Origin: Pyrinomonadaceae bacterium
GTDB taxonomy: Bacteria; Acidobacteriota; Blastocatellia; Pyrinomonadales; Pyrinomonadaceae
Assembly: GCA_035694465.1 (NCBI GenBank)
Contig: DASSFI010000080.1
Location: forward strand, 70,249-134,248
Length of the DNA: 64,000 bases
Direction: 5' to 3'
Positions 18,392 to 28,796 of the stretch are shown piece after piece (the stretch's first letter is position 1; each line of letters begins with the position of its first letter). Below the pieces are notes generated by a model. The model did not search any database, was not told where the DNA came from, and worked only from the letters and a program-made list of their open reading frames with translations. Made by a program: the position numbers and the translations under genes.

Positions 18392-20917
18392 TTAGGTCAT
18401 CATGTCGATCGAACTGAGGCCGGCGCCGGCGACTGTGAGAACTGTTTTGCGTCCGTTTTTATCGTGCTGCATGCGGCGGGCGGCGGCGCTCAGGAGTTCT
18501 TCAGAGGTTTCGCCGTCATCAGGGAAGCAGGCGACACCAAGACTGACTCCAAGGCCGACCATCGTGCCGGTGCGCACCGAGAACAGTTGCTCTTCGACGG
18601 CATTTCGCATGCGCTCGCTGATCGCCGCGGCCATCTTGCTTGACGCCATCGGCATGATGGCTACAAATTCGTCGCCCGCGTAACGCGTCAGAATATCCAT
18701 CTGCCTCAGCTCGCGCCGAACGACACCAGCCACGCTCGCCAGCAATCGATCGCCAATTGAGTGGCCGTATTGATCGTTCACCATCTTGAAGTCGTCGATA
18801 TCCATGCAGACGACAGCGAGCGGCTCTCTGTTCATGCGCTGGCACTCGGCGAGACGCTGTTCCATCATCATGTAGAAACCGCGCGCATTCGGCAGCTCTG
18901 TCAAAGGATCGACGAGGGCACTCTCGCGTGTCTTCTCGTAAGTCAACGCATTGTTCAGGGCACTCGAAGCATGCTGGCAAACTGACTCGAGCAAACGAAC
19001 GTGCTCAGTACTGTATGAAGTGCGACTTTGCGAATACAGAGAGATGGCGCCAAAGGCTCCGTCCTCGCGTTGTAACGGCGAAACCAGCACGCCGCGAAAG
19101 CGCTTCACGACTTCATCCGGAATGCCAATCATGTCCAGATCCGCCGACGCGTTACACATCGATCGTGAATTCGCGATCACCCAGCCGGTAATCCCGTCGC
19201 CGATGTTGATGCGCCGGCGGTTAAACACTTCAACTTCTTCGCCAACAACATGCGCGGCAATCGCTTTACCTGAAGGATCGTCAACAAGGTAGATCACACA
19301 CGTATCGAATGGGACAATCGCACGCAATTTATTTGCGACCAGTGTCACCGTATCGCTGAGATTGAGCGAGGAACCAATCGTCTGCGCGATTTCGTGAAGT
19401 GCAAAAACCTCGCGTTGCGCTTCACTGATGGAGCGGAACGGCGAAACTTCTTCCGCGACTCCCAAAATATCAGGCGCCAGACCCGCATCCGGTTTTGTGC
19501 TGGTCTGCGTGTCGATTGCAGGACTCGACTCAACCTGCTCCCTGATATCCTGCAAGTCGATCAGCCGATCAAACTCTTCGACGTGGTCGGTGAACACCTG
19601 GACTACTCTCGGATCGAATGCGCTACCAACCATACTGCGCAAGAGTGCGAGCGACTCTTCGCGTTTCATTCCTTTGCGATAAGGACGATCGCAACGGGTC
19701 GCATCGTAGAAATCGACTACCGAGATGATGCGGGCGACCAGTGGGATTCCTTCACCCTTGAGACCTTTCGGATAACCGCTGCCATCCCACTTCTCATGGT
19801 GATAACGAACGATGTCTTCGACCGGGTAAGGGAAGTTGACCCGCTTGAGAATGTCGCCACCGACCACCGGGTGGATCTTCATCTTGGCAAATTCAGCTTC
19901 GGTGAGTTTGCCGGGTTTATTGAGAATGTATTCAGGCACAGCGAGTTTGCCGATGTCGTGCAGTAACGCGCCGGCATGCAACGCGCGCAATTCATTTTCA
20001 GTAACCTTGAATAACCGGCCCATCTGTTGCGCGTAAATCTGTGTGCGGCGCACGTGACCGTGAGTCGTCTGATCTTTCGCGTCAATCGCGATTGCCAGCG
20101 ACTCGATCGTATTCATGTGAATGTTTGCCATCTCTTCCGCATGCTGGCGTCGCTCGGCCTCACCGTGGCGAATTTCTTCGAGACGTCGCTCGTTAAAGCG
20201 ATAGAGAAGGTAAACGAGAGCAGAGATCAGCAGTCCGAGAATTGCGTAAGCGAGACTCTTGTTGAAAAACGCTGCGTAGAACAGTACCGCCGAAGCAGCA
20301 CCAGCGAGTTTCGTCGTGAGTGTCCAGACGACTGTTTCGGATGTCGGTACGAACGTGAACTTGCCGGCCTCAAAACTTATGCACCAGGCGGTGGCAATCG
20401 TGCTCAACGCGTATTGGAGCGCCGCCAGCACGAGAAGAGGAATGAGAAAGACATTTAATGGTAGCGCACCTTGGATTGGTCCTTCTGTGAAGATGGTGAT
20501 CAGCGCTCCGTAAAACGAAGCCGCGATGAACGTCGAGACGACAGCCATGCCCGTTTTGAGCAGAACCTCGCGATTGGTTGCAATCCGGTAAGTAGAGACG
20601 AACGCGACGAGAGCGGCGAGCAGCACAGCCGGGCCCGCTGCGTTTGACGGCGGAACGGCGTAGAGCATGACGGCCAGGAGCACAAAAGAATCGGCAATCG
20701 ACTCTCGGCTTCTAAGAGTGCCGTCTTCGCTCATGACGCGCACAGTAAGTGGGCTCGAAGCTATCGTGATGAGGATTAGTAACAGCCAGGAGCCAATTCC
20801 CACGTCGGTGAAAAGGGCCAGATCAACGGTGGTGATGACCGCCGACAAAAGCAAAACGACGCTCACGACAGAGATGGCTGTCATGAGAGCGGTGCTCCTC
20901 CAATTGTTTTTTTGCAT
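18392..20917 (-). CDS. Polytopic membrane c-di-GMP protein: HD-GYP, GAF and GGDEF domains
   Basis: About 8 N-terminal TM helices. HD-GYP motifs (HDIGKLAVPE ... HHEKWDGSGYP), a GAF-like middle, and a GGDEF domain with AGDEF variant and RQMD I-site. ATG at 20917 preferred. Confidence 0.8.
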   Translation of the reverse strand: MQKNNWRSTALMTAISVVSVVLLLSAVITTVDLALFTDVGIGSWLLLILITIASSPLTVRVMSEDGTLRSRESIADSFVLLAVMLYAVPPSNAAGPAVLLAALVAFVSTYRIATNREVLLKTGMAVVSTFIAASFYGALITIFTEGPIQGALPLNVFLIPLLVLAALQYALSTIATAWCISFEAGKFTFVPTSETVVWTLTTKLAGAASAVLFYAAFFNKSLAYAILGLLISALVYLLYRFNERRLEEIRHGEAERRQHAEEMANIHMNTIESLAIAIDAKDQTTHGHVRRTQIYAQQMGRLFKVTENELRALHAGALLHDIGKLAVPEYILNKPGKLTEAEFAKMKIHPVVGGDILKRVNFPYPVEDIVRYHHEKWDGSGYPKGLKGEGIPLVARIISVVDFYDATRCDRPYRKGMKREESLALLRSMVGSAFDPRVVQVFTDHVEEFDRLIDLQDIREQVESSPAIDTQTSTKPDAGLAPDILGVAEEVSPFRSISEAQREVFALHEIAQTIGSSLNLSDTVTLVANKLRAIVPFDTCVIYLVDDPSGKAIAAHVVGEEVEVFNRRRINIGDGITGWVIANSRSMCNASADLDMIGIPDEVVKRFRGVLVSPLQREDGAFGAISLYSQSRTSYSTEHVRLLESVCQHASSALNNALTYEKTRESALVDPLTELPNARGFYMMMEQRLAECQRMNREPLAVVCMDIDDFKMVNDQYGHSIGDRLLASVAGVVRRELRQMDILTRYAGDEFVAIMPMASSKMAAAISERMRNAVEEQLFSVRTGTMVGLGVSLGVACFPDDGETSEELLSAAARRMQHDKNGRKTVLTVAGAGLSSIDMMT

Positions 20918-21060
20918 TGCTGGGGCTCGATCCTTCCGAGAACAGGAGTCGTCTAACGAAAGTTGTGGATTGGTTTGGCGCGCCAGGTATGGTGCCAACA
21001 TTGTTTGGCACGAGGGTAAATATAGCGGTTACAGTGGGTTGGCGTCAAGTCATTAAGGGA

Positions 21061-21129
21061 CGGGATTCACAAGATTTCCGGGATGAACAAGACAGATCCT
21101 GCTTATCCTGTTAGTCTGGTAAATCTTGT
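21061..21129. repeat. Family C repeat cluster
   Basis: cgggatt, acaagattt (21069-21077), ccgggatg, atcctg x2 and aaatcttgt (21121-21129). The same acaagattt/aaatcttgt pair occurs at 887/920. Confidence 0.65.
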
Positions 21130-23157
21130 CTAAAGTTGTGCTGCCAGGGCACTTACGTCGGTTACCGGTTGTTTGCAAACAAAATGCTCACAGACATATG
21201 CCGTCGCCTGAGAGTTGATGAGCGGGCGGTTGGACAGTAGCGGCGTTAACTCATTGTCCCCAAATCCTGGGGCGACCACCTTGTTCGGGAGGTATTTTCG
21301 CCAGGTTTCGGCTAGTAGAAGAGCGATGTCAGACGGATCTTTCCCGACGATCGCCACTTCCCTGGCTGTCGAGAGCAGAAAATCAGCGGCTGAGAGCGCG
21401 TACCCAAAGCCGGAAGGATACCGCCGCGTCTGATCGCCAATTTCACGCAGCACTGCCGTTGCGAGACTGCGATAGTTATCACGGCCGGTGAGTGTCGCGA
21501 GTCTGAGTAAGACGATTGCCGCGACGGAATTTCCCGAAGGAGTCGCGTTATCGAAGTAGTCCTTGGAGCGCACGATGAGGCTTTCATGGTTCTTTCCGGT
21601 GAAGTAGAAGCCGCCGCTCTCATCATCCCAGAACTCTGCAATCATGTGATCTGCAAGCGCGATCGCTTCTTTGAGCCAGCGTGGTTGTCCGGTTGTCTCA
21701 AACAGCGTCAAGAGCCCTTCACTGAGAAATGCATAGTCTTCAAGATAGGCATTAAACTTCGCGCGTCCATCTTTCCACGTTCGCAATAAACTTCCATCTT
21801 TGCGCAAATTCGCCAGCACAAACTCAGCGTTGCGTCGCGCGGCTTCCGTGTAATCAGGACGCTGCAAAATCACGCCGGCCTCAGCAAAACTGGCCAGCAT
21901 CAGACCGTTCCAGGCGGTAAGTATCTTTTCATCCCGATCGGGCTTGATTCGCGTCTCGCGCAACTCAAACAGTTTGCGCCGGCTTTCTTTAAGCGATGCT
22001 TCCAAGTGGGCTTCGGAAATCCCGTGGGTCTTTGCGACCTCTTCTTTGGGCTGTGTGACGTTTGGAATATTCTTGCCTTCAAAATTTCCAGCGGCAGTGA
22101 TGTTGTAGTAAGCCGAGAAAAGCGCGGCGTCCTTTTCACCCAGTGTCTGTTGGATCTCTTCAAGGTCCCAGACAAAAAACTTTCCTTCGTGACCTTCTGA
22201 ATCGGCATCCTGCGTGGAGTAAAAGCCACCGTCGGGGTGAGTCATTTCACGAAGAACATAGTCGAGTATTCCTTCCGTCGTCTCGCGGGCGCTTTGCTCT
22301 CCGCTGACCTGGTAATAGTGCAAATAAAGTCGCGAGAGCAGCGCATTGTCGTAGAGCATCTTCTCGAAATGAGGAACCAGCCACTTCGCATCGGTTGAGT
22401 AGCGATGAAAGCCACCACCAATCTGGTCGTACATGCCGCCATTCGCCATTTTGTTGCACGTGAATCGCACCATCTCGAGTGCTTCGCGATTGCCGGTACG
22501 AACATATGTTCGTAGCAGGAATTCCAACGTCATTGCCGGCGGAAACTTAGGCGCGCCTCCGAAGCCACCGTTGCTCGAGTCGTAATTTCTCACGATGCCG
22601 ACGTACGCCGCATCGAGTAGCTCTGTCTCGATTGGATGATCGGAACCACTAGTCTCGCTCAAACGCTTCAGCTCGGTGATTAACGTCGTCCCACTCTCAC
22701 GGATCTCATCCTGTCGGTCGCTGTAGGCTTCAGCGACACCAATCAGAACTCTCGGAAAACCCGGTATGTTGTAGCGATCCTGCGGCGGAAAATATGTGCC
22801 GCCGTAGAAGGGAATGGCTTCGGGCGTCAGGAACACAGTCATGGGCCAACCGCCGTGGTGTGTCATCATCTGCACCGCGTTCATGTAGATCTGATCGAGG
22901 TCCGGTCGCTCCTCCCGATCAACTTTGATGTTGACGAAGTTTTCATTCATGAGCTTTGCGATCTCTTCGTCTTCGAACGACTCATGGGCCATCACGTGAC
23001 ACCAGTGACACGCCGAATAACCGATACTCAACAGGATCGGCTTGTTCTCACGTCGCGCGATTTCGAAGGCTTCCTCGCCCCACGGGTACCAATCAACCGG
23101 ATTGTTTGCGTGTTGCAGCAGATAAGGACTGGTTTCATTTATCAAATGGTTAGGCAT
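21130..23157 (-). CDS. Thioredoxin-domain protein, YyaL/DUF255 family
   Basis: N-terminus [18 protein letters not shown] and CHWCHVM motif, followed by a long alpha-helical (epimerase-like) region. Confidence 0.85.
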   Translation of the reverse strand: MPNHLINETSPYLLQHANNPVDWYPWGEEAFEIARRENKPILLSIGYSACHWCHVMAHESFEDEEIAKLMNENFVNIKVDREERPDLDQIYMNAVQMMTHHGGWPMTVFLTPEAIPFYGGTYFPPQDRYNIPGFPRVLIGVAEAYSDRQDEIRESGTTLITELKRLSETSGSDHPIETELLDAAYVGIVRNYDSSNGGFGGAPKFPPAMTLEFLLRTYVRTGNREALEMVRFTCNKMANGGMYDQIGGGFHRYSTDAKWLVPHFEKMLYDNALLSRLYLHYYQVSGEQSARETTEGILDYVLREMTHPDGGFYSTQDADSEGHEGKFFVWDLEEIQQTLGEKDAALFSAYYNITAAGNFEGKNIPNVTQPKEEVAKTHGISEAHLEASLKESRRKLFELRETRIKPDRDEKILTAWNGLMLASFAEAGVILQRPDYTEAARRNAEFVLANLRKDGSLLRTWKDGRAKFNAYLEDYAFLSEGLLTLFETTGQPRWLKEAIALADHMIAEFWDDESGGFYFTGKNHESLIVRSKDYFDNATPSGNSVAAIVLLRLATLTGRDNYRSLATAVLREIGDQTRRYPSGFGYALSAADFLLSTAREVAIVGKDPSDIALLLAETWRKYLPNKVVAPGFGDNELTPLLSNRPLINSQATAYVCEHFVCKQPVTDVSALAAQL

Positions 23158-23160
23158 AGC

Positions 23161-23217
23161 GACAGATTACACAGATTACGGCGATTGCTCCAATCTGCGA
23201 GATCTGTGTAATCTGTC
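23161..23217. repeat. Family A inverted pair filling a divergent start-to-start gap
   Basis: gacagattacacagat ... gatctgtgtaatctgtc. The gap between the ATGs at 23157 (complement) and 23221 is 63 bp. Confidence 0.85.
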
Positions 23218-23220
23218 GGT

Positions 23221-24897
23221 ATGGAACGCGAAACTTTGGAGTTTGATGTTGTTTTCGTAGGTGCAGGCCCGGCCAATCTCAGCGGCGCGCTCCACCTCGC
23301 CCGACTCGTCAAACAAGACAAATCGCTCGGCGACATTGAAATCGCGGTGATCGAAAAAGGATCGACCGTTGGCGCACACATACTCTCCGGCGCGGTGATG
23401 GACCCCAAAGCACTGCGCGAACTGATTCCTGATTTTGAAGAACAGGGTGCGCCGCTCGAGTCACCGGTGAAGGAAGATCATTTCCTCTATCTCACACCGA
23501 AATTCGCACTGCGATCGCCAATCACACCGCCGCCGCTGAAGAATCACGGTTATTACATCGTTTCGCTCAATCGTTTGACCGCGTGGCTGGGTGAAAAATG
23601 TGAAGAGGCGGGCATCAATATTTTTCCGGAGTTTCCCGGCGCCGATCTGCTCTACGACGAAAACGATCGAGTGCTGGGAGTGCGCACCGGGGATAAAGGC
23701 ATCGATAAGGAAGGGAAGCGTAAACCTAACTACGAGCCCGGTGTCGATCTGCGCGCGAAGGTGACGGTGCTCGGCGAAGGCCCGCGCGGGTCGCTGACAA
23801 AACAACTTATCGAACGGCTCGGATTGGACGACGGTTGCGATCCACAGGTCTACAGTCTCGGCGTAAAAGAGTTGTGGGAACTTCCCGACGATCGATACCC
23901 GGCCGGTCGTGTCACACACACCCTCGGTTTTCCTTCTGACACATCGACGTACGGCGGCGGTTGGATCTATGGAATGCAGAACCGCATACTGAATATCGGC
24001 TACGTGACTGGTCTCGATTACAAAGATCCGCTACTCGATCCGCACGCCGAATTTCAACGCTACAAGACTCATCCATACATCGCGCGTTTGCTCGAAGGCG
24101 GCAAGATGATTCGTTACGGCGCGAAGACCGTCACCGCAGGTGGTTACTTTGCGATTCCACGCATGTATGCAGACGGCGTGCTGTTAGCCGGCGATTGTGC
24201 AGGGTTGTTGAATCCGCAACGGTTGAAAGGAATCCATTCTGCGATCAAGAGCGGCATGCTGGCGGCGGAGGTTATTTTCGACGCGTTGAAGGCACAGGAT
24301 TTCTCTGCCACTAAGTTGGAGCGTTACGAAGAGCTGCTGGACGAAAGCTGGATCATGCCGGAGCTGCACAAAGTGCGAAACTTCCACTCCGGTTTCAGAC
24401 ATGGTCGCTGGCTCGCCCTCGTCAATACCGGTTTGCAATTCTTCCTCGGCGGACGCGCGTGGGGAATAATCGATCGGGATCATGCGTGTCCGGGTCACGA
24501 AGAGATGAAGAAGCTTTCGGCTTACGGTTATCGCGGCGACAAGCTTGAACAGCGCTACACGGATTTGCGTTTTGACGGCAAGCTGACTTTCAACAAAGTC
24601 ACGGACGTTTATCACGCCGCAGTGGGCCATGACGAGGACCAGCCCGCGCACTTACACGTGCTCGATACCAATATCTGCTCGACAAGATGCGCCGAAGAGT
24701 ATGGCAATCCCTGTCAGCGATTCTGTCCGGCGGCTGTTTACGAAATGGTTGACGACGGTGGCAACGGGAAGCGACGCCTGCAGATCAACTTCTCAAACTG
24801 CGTGCACTGCAAGACCTGCGACATCATGGACCCCTACCAGATCATCAACTGGGTAACACCAGAAGGTGGTGGTGGTCCGGATTACAAGGGCATGTAA
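23221..24897 (+). CDS. Electron-transfer flavoprotein:ubiquinone oxidoreductase (ETF-QO)
   Basis: FAD fold VVFVGAGPANL and C-terminal Fe-S motif CVHCKTCDI. 558 aa, typical length. Confidence 0.85.
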   Translation: MERETLEFDVVFVGAGPANLSGALHLARLVKQDKSLGDIEIAVIEKGSTVGAHILSGAVMDPKALRELIPDFEEQGAPLESPVKEDHFLYLTPKFALRSPITPPPLKNHGYYIVSLNRLTAWLGEKCEEAGINIFPEFPGADLLYDENDRVLGVRTGDKGIDKEGKRKPNYEPGVDLRAKVTVLGEGPRGSLTKQLIERLGLDDGCDPQVYSLGVKELWELPDDRYPAGRVTHTLGFPSDTSTYGGGWIYGMQNRILNIGYVTGLDYKDPLLDPHAEFQRYKTHPYIARLLEGGKMIRYGAKTVTAGGYFAIPRMYADGVLLAGDCAGLLNPQRLKGIHSAIKSGMLAAEVIFDALKAQDFSATKLERYEELLDESWIMPELHKVRNFHSGFRHGRWLALVNTGLQFFLGGRAWGIIDRDHACPGHEEMKKLSAYGYRGDKLEQRYTDLRFDGKLTFNKVTDVYHAAVGHDEDQPAHLHVLDTNICSTRCAEEYGNPCQRFCPAAVYEMVDDGGNGKRRLQINFSNCVHCKTCDIMDPYQIINWVTPEGGGGPDYKGM

Positions 24898-24940
24898 TCC
24901 GCAGCTTACGCAGATCAAGAATCTGTGTAATCTGTGGATT
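24896..24940. repeat. Family A inverted pair between convergent ETF-QO and rpoZ
   Basis: aatccgcagcttacgcagat caag aatctgtgtaatctgtggatt. Both stop codons fall inside the arms. Confidence 0.85.
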
Positions 24941-25181
24941 AGACGGCGGGGTTCTTGGCGTCGGGCTTGATATCGAAATGAACGCGGCCGCGCATCACTT
25001 CTTCCAGCGCAATTCGCGTCGGCTTGTGTTTCTGCGGATCGATCTCAATCCGCGGGTTTGCGCCGCGCTGTAACTGCTTGCTGCGCTTGGCTGCGAGGAT
25101 AATGAGACGGTACTTCGAGTCAACTTCCTGACCATTCGTTCCTTCAACTTCACTATCAACTAACTCTGTCGGTATAGGCAC
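24939..25181 (-). CDS. rpoZ: DNA-directed RNA polymerase subunit omega
   Basis: 80 aa with YRLIILAAKRSKQLQRGA. Classic yicC-gmk-rpoZ neighbourhood. Confidence 0.85.
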   Translation of the reverse strand: MPIPTELVDSEVEGTNGQEVDSKYRLIILAAKRSKQLQRGANPRIEIDPQKHKPTRIALEEVMRGRVHFDIKPDAKNPAV

Positions 25182-25206
25182 TCGGTTGCTCCTTCAGTGA
25201 ATGTAT

Positions 25207-25872
25207 CTATGATTGAAATTTCTGAATCACTTCGCGGACGAGTCCCTCCTGGCGCATGCAACGGGCTCGCTCGGCATAAATAATGGACGCAAGCTGTCCG
25301 GCGGCCCTGTCTATCTCGTCGTTGATGATTACGTAATCAAAAGCCGAATACTGTTTTAGCTCTTCCGGCGCATTTCGTAAGCGCACTTCGAGCTCTTTGG
25401 GCGAGTCGGTTCCTCGCGCGATTAATCGTTGCTTCAGGACCTCATATGACGGCGGCAAAATAAAGACGCTCACCGAATCCATCAGCAACTGCCGTACACT
25501 CGCCGCGCCCTGTACGTCTACTTCAAGAATGAGATCAGAGCCGGTAGCGGTTTCTTCGATAATCTGCCGCTTCGAAGTCCCGTAAAAGTTTCCGTGCACG
25601 CAGGCCCATTCTAGAAACTCGCCTGCCGCCACCATCTCGTCGAAAGTTTCAGGGCTAACAAAAAAATACTCGCGGCCATTGATCTCACTCTGACGTGGCG
25701 CGCGAGTGGTGAACGACACAGAATAGCTAAGATTATCCACACAATCCAGCACGTGGCGGATAATTGTGCCTTTGCCGCCGCCTGATGGCGAGCTGACAAC
25801 GAAGAGTGTGCCGCGCGGAGAAGGGTGACTGACTGGTCCAGCCAACTGCAATTCGTTCACTTTACTCGACAT
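25207..25872 (-). CDS. gmk: Guanylate kinase
   Basis: P-loop SSPSGGGKGT and guanylate kinase core. The start overlaps the yicC end by 11 nt. Confidence 0.85.
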   Translation of the reverse strand: MSSKVNELQLAGPVSHPSPRGTLFVVSSPSGGGKGTIIRHVLDCVDNLSYSVSFTTRAPRQSEINGREYFFVSPETFDEMVAAGEFLEWACVHGNFYGTSKRQIIEETATGSDLILEVDVQGAASVRQLLMDSVSVFILPPSYEVLKQRLIARGTDSPKELEVRLRNAPEELKQYSAFDYVIINDEIDRAAGQLASIIYAERARCMRQEGLVREVIQKFQS

Positions 25873-26740
25873 TCTGAACCTGTTCGCGGAGTTTCTCTAC
25901 TTCTGCTTTGATGGCCAGGCCCGCCTCTTTGATGGCGAGGTCCGTCGACTTGGAAAGAGTTGTATTTGCCTCTCGATTTAGCTCCTGGAGCAGGAAGTCG
26001 AGCATTTTCCCCGCCTCACCGGGAGCGTTAAGCGCTTCCTGAAACTGCGAGAGATGACTGCGCAAGCGCACCATTTCCTCGCTCACGTCGCTGCGATCGG
26101 CAAGATAAGCAACTTCCTGGGCCAATCGCACGGGATCTATTTCGATAACCTGTCCGCCTCGGTTCAGCAGTTCTCCAATTCGTTTTTGTAACCGCAGACG
26201 ATACGCATCTGCGAGTCCTGCGGCTGAAGCCTCGATGATCGGAACGAGCGCTTCAATCTTCTGCACGCGGTCGCGGAGTTCCTGCTTGAGTGCGTCGCCT
26301 TCCTGCACGCGCATTTTTTCAAGCTCGTCGAGGGCCTGGTCCAAGGCGCGTTCGAGTGCGCCTGTGATCCGATCGTCGATGCCGTTGCGAGCGGGTTGCA
26401 GGGCGCCGGGAATACGCGCGATGACGTTGATGTCGAGTTCGCCGGCGATATCGAAATCCTGCTGTAGCTGTTTCAACGCACTCACATAACCGGCGATGAG
26501 TGGACGATTGATTTCATATGCGATCTGCGCCACACGTTCGACGCTCACGGTGACATCCACACGACCGCGCGACAGTCGTGAAGTGATTCGCTTTTTAATC
26601 GACGGCTCGAGTGAAGCCAGCTCGGAACCGACGCGCAGGTGGATGTCGAGGAATCGATTGTTAACGGTCTTCAGATCGACAGAGACGGAGTAATCGTCAC
26701 CCGCCACCATCGCCTTGCCGTACCCGGTCATTGATTTCAT
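25862..26740 (-). CDS. yicC: YicC-family stress-induced protein
   Basis: N-terminus MKSMTGYG and conserved C-terminus QELNREANT...K. 292 aa. Confidence 0.85.
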   Translation of the reverse strand: MKSMTGYGKAMVAGDDYSVSVDLKTVNNRFLDIHLRVGSELASLEPSIKKRITSRLSRGRVDVTVSVERVAQIAYEINRPLIAGYVSALKQLQQDFDIAGELDINVIARIPGALQPARNGIDDRITGALERALDQALDELEKMRVQEGDALKQELRDRVQKIEALVPIIEASAAGLADAYRLRLQKRIGELLNRGGQVIEIDPVRLAQEVAYLADRSDVSEEMVRLRSHLSQFQEALNAPGEAGKMLDFLLQELNREANTTLSKSTDLAIKEAGLAIKAEVEKLREQVQNVE

Positions 26741-26742
26741 GA

Positions 26743-28557
26743 TTAACTCTGTGCCATCTGTGGCAACTCCTCTTCCTCATCTGCGAATTGTAGCTCGTAG
26801 AGTTTTTTGTATTGTCCGCCACGCGCCAAAAGTTCGGCGTGCGTTCCGGTCTCGATAATCCGTCCCGCTTCCATCACGACGATCATGTCAGCACGTCGTA
26901 CGGTCGATAGACGATGAGCAATCACTAGCGTCGTTCGATTGCGAACCAGATTGCTGATAGCACTCTGCACCAGGCGCTCCGATTCTGCGTCGAGTGCCGA
27001 CGTAGCCTCATCCAGTATCAGGACAGGCGCATTAACCAGGATTGCACGCGCGATAGCGAGTCGCTGGCGTTGGCCGCCGGAAAGAAAAATGCCCCGCTCG
27101 CCCACAATCGTATCGTAACCATTAGGTAATTCGCGAATAAAATCGTGAGCAAATGCAATTAAGGCAGCCTCTTCGATTTCTTTTTCACTTGCTTCCGGTT
27201 TGCCGTAAGCGATGTTGTGGCGAACCGTGTCGTTGAAGAGCACTGTCTCCTGCGTGACAAGCGCCATCTGTTTTCTCAGACTCGCGATCGATGCGTCGCG
27301 AATGTCCATGCCGTCCCAAAGCACAGCACCGGAAACCGGATCGTGAAAACGAGGCAACAGCTTGGTGAGCGTAGACTTTCCACCACCCGACTGGCCGACG
27401 AGCGCCACCATCGTCCCGGCGGGTATTTTCAAACTCACCTCACGCAAAACCGAGCGCGACTCGTTCCCATAACCAAACGAGACATTCCGCAGTTCGATTT
27501 CCTGCTTTAGTACCGGCAGGTCGCAGGCGTCCGTCTTTTCCGGAATGGCCGCATGCTCGTCCATCACTTCCCAAACGTGATGCGCGGCGGCGAGGGCCTG
27601 CTCCATGCTGTTCTGAAGTCGCGAGAGCTTGCGCATCGGATCGTAACTGCGGAACAGGAAGAAGAGGAATGTAACAAACTGTGCCGTGTTCATGTGATCG
27701 GCAATGATTTCACGTTGACCAAAAAATAAAAGCAGCACGACAAAGAGAATGCCGATCATCTCGATTGTCGGCGGAGAGGCGCCAGCGATACTCGCACTGC
27801 GGAGATTTGCGCGCACGATCCGCTTCGCTACCTCAGTAAAGCGATCCGCTTCGCGTTTCTCAGCGCGATACGCTTTCACGATGCCCTGGTTAGCGAGGGC
27901 CTCCTGAGCAGTGTCAGTTAATTGCTTGCTACCTTCGAAACTCTCCCTTGCGAGATTGCGCAAAGCGCGACCGAACTTCGCGGTGAGAATTGCGATTACC
28001 GGTGCAATTGCCAGCGAGCCAAGCGTGAGCCGCCAACTGTAATAGAAAGACGCCGAGAGAAAGGCGATTAGTGTAAAACTCTCGCGCAGCATGTCGCGAA
28101 TTGTGCTCGTCAGGCCCGTCTCGATGGCGGCGGCACTCGAGACCAGTCTCGAAACCAGGTAATTCGTGCGATGTCTTTCGAAGAATGTGGCTGACTGCGC
28201 GAGGAGATGGCTATAGAGATCCTGTCTGAGTTTAAGCACTGCCGACTGTCCGATTCGCGCCATCAGATAGGTCGATAAGTACTCCGCGATACCCTTGGCG
28301 ATGGTGAAAACGATCAGCAGGATCGAGATCGTCTTCCAGGCTCCGAAGGGCGCCTCGGGAATCAGGCGTTGCAGACCGAAAATCGTCGGAGTACGCTGAC
28401 CTGTGCCTCCCTGCACAAAGGCCTGATCGAAGATAGGCACAATCAAACCGCCGATGGCGCTCTCGAGCACACCTACGACGACCATCGCCAGTGTAGCCAG
28501 TGTGAAGGTCGGCCAGTGAGGTCTCAAATACTTTAACAGGCGGCGAAGATCACGCAT
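26743..28557 (-). CDS. ABC exporter, fused permease/ATPase (MsbA-like)
   Basis: 6-TM exporter domain plus nucleotide-binding domain with GQSGGGKST, LSGGQRQR and ILILDEATSALD. Confidence 0.85.
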   Translation of the reverse strand: MRDLRRLLKYLRPHWPTFTLATLAMVVVGVLESAIGGLIVPIFDQAFVQGGTGQRTPTIFGLQRLIPEAPFGAWKTISILLIVFTIAKGIAEYLSTYLMARIGQSAVLKLRQDLYSHLLAQSATFFERHRTNYLVSRLVSSAAAIETGLTSTIRDMLRESFTLIAFLSASFYYSWRLTLGSLAIAPVIAILTAKFGRALRNLARESFEGSKQLTDTAQEALANQGIVKAYRAEKREADRFTEVAKRIVRANLRSASIAGASPPTIEMIGILFVVLLLFFGQREIIADHMNTAQFVTFLFFLFRSYDPMRKLSRLQNSMEQALAAAHHVWEVMDEHAAIPEKTDACDLPVLKQEIELRNVSFGYGNESRSVLREVSLKIPAGTMVALVGQSGGGKSTLTKLLPRFHDPVSGAVLWDGMDIRDASIASLRKQMALVTQETVLFNDTVRHNIAYGKPEASEKEIEEAALIAFAHDFIRELPNGYDTIVGERGIFLSGGQRQRLAIARAILVNAPVLILDEATSALDAESERLVQSAISNLVRNRTTLVIAHRLSTVRRADMIVVMEAGRIIETGTHAELLARGGQYKKLYELQFADEEEELPQMAQS

Positions 28558-28693
28558 CTCTGGTTGCGAAAATCTCTGATCAGTTGCTATAAGGAAGGTA
28601 GAAGACGGTCCAAAGTCTTAAGAAAGAACTATACTTACCCCCACTTATTTGCGTCAAGGCTGACTGATTTGCTCGATTTCTTCTGGGCGTGAA

Positions 28694-28707
28694 TTCATGC
28701 AAATCTT
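28694..28707. promoter_or_regulatory. TTCATGCAAATCTT box upstream of the OmpR-type regulator
   Basis: Exact 14-mer shared with 37241-37254. Lies about 32 nt upstream of a TATAAT at 28739-28744. Confidence 0.35.
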
Positions 28708-28796
28708 TTCCCTCGGCTGAGTCTGCGTGAAGTTGGGTTATAATGCCCGTCTGAAGTCTCGACGATTTTGGATCCAATCCGACAGGATCAGGACAT

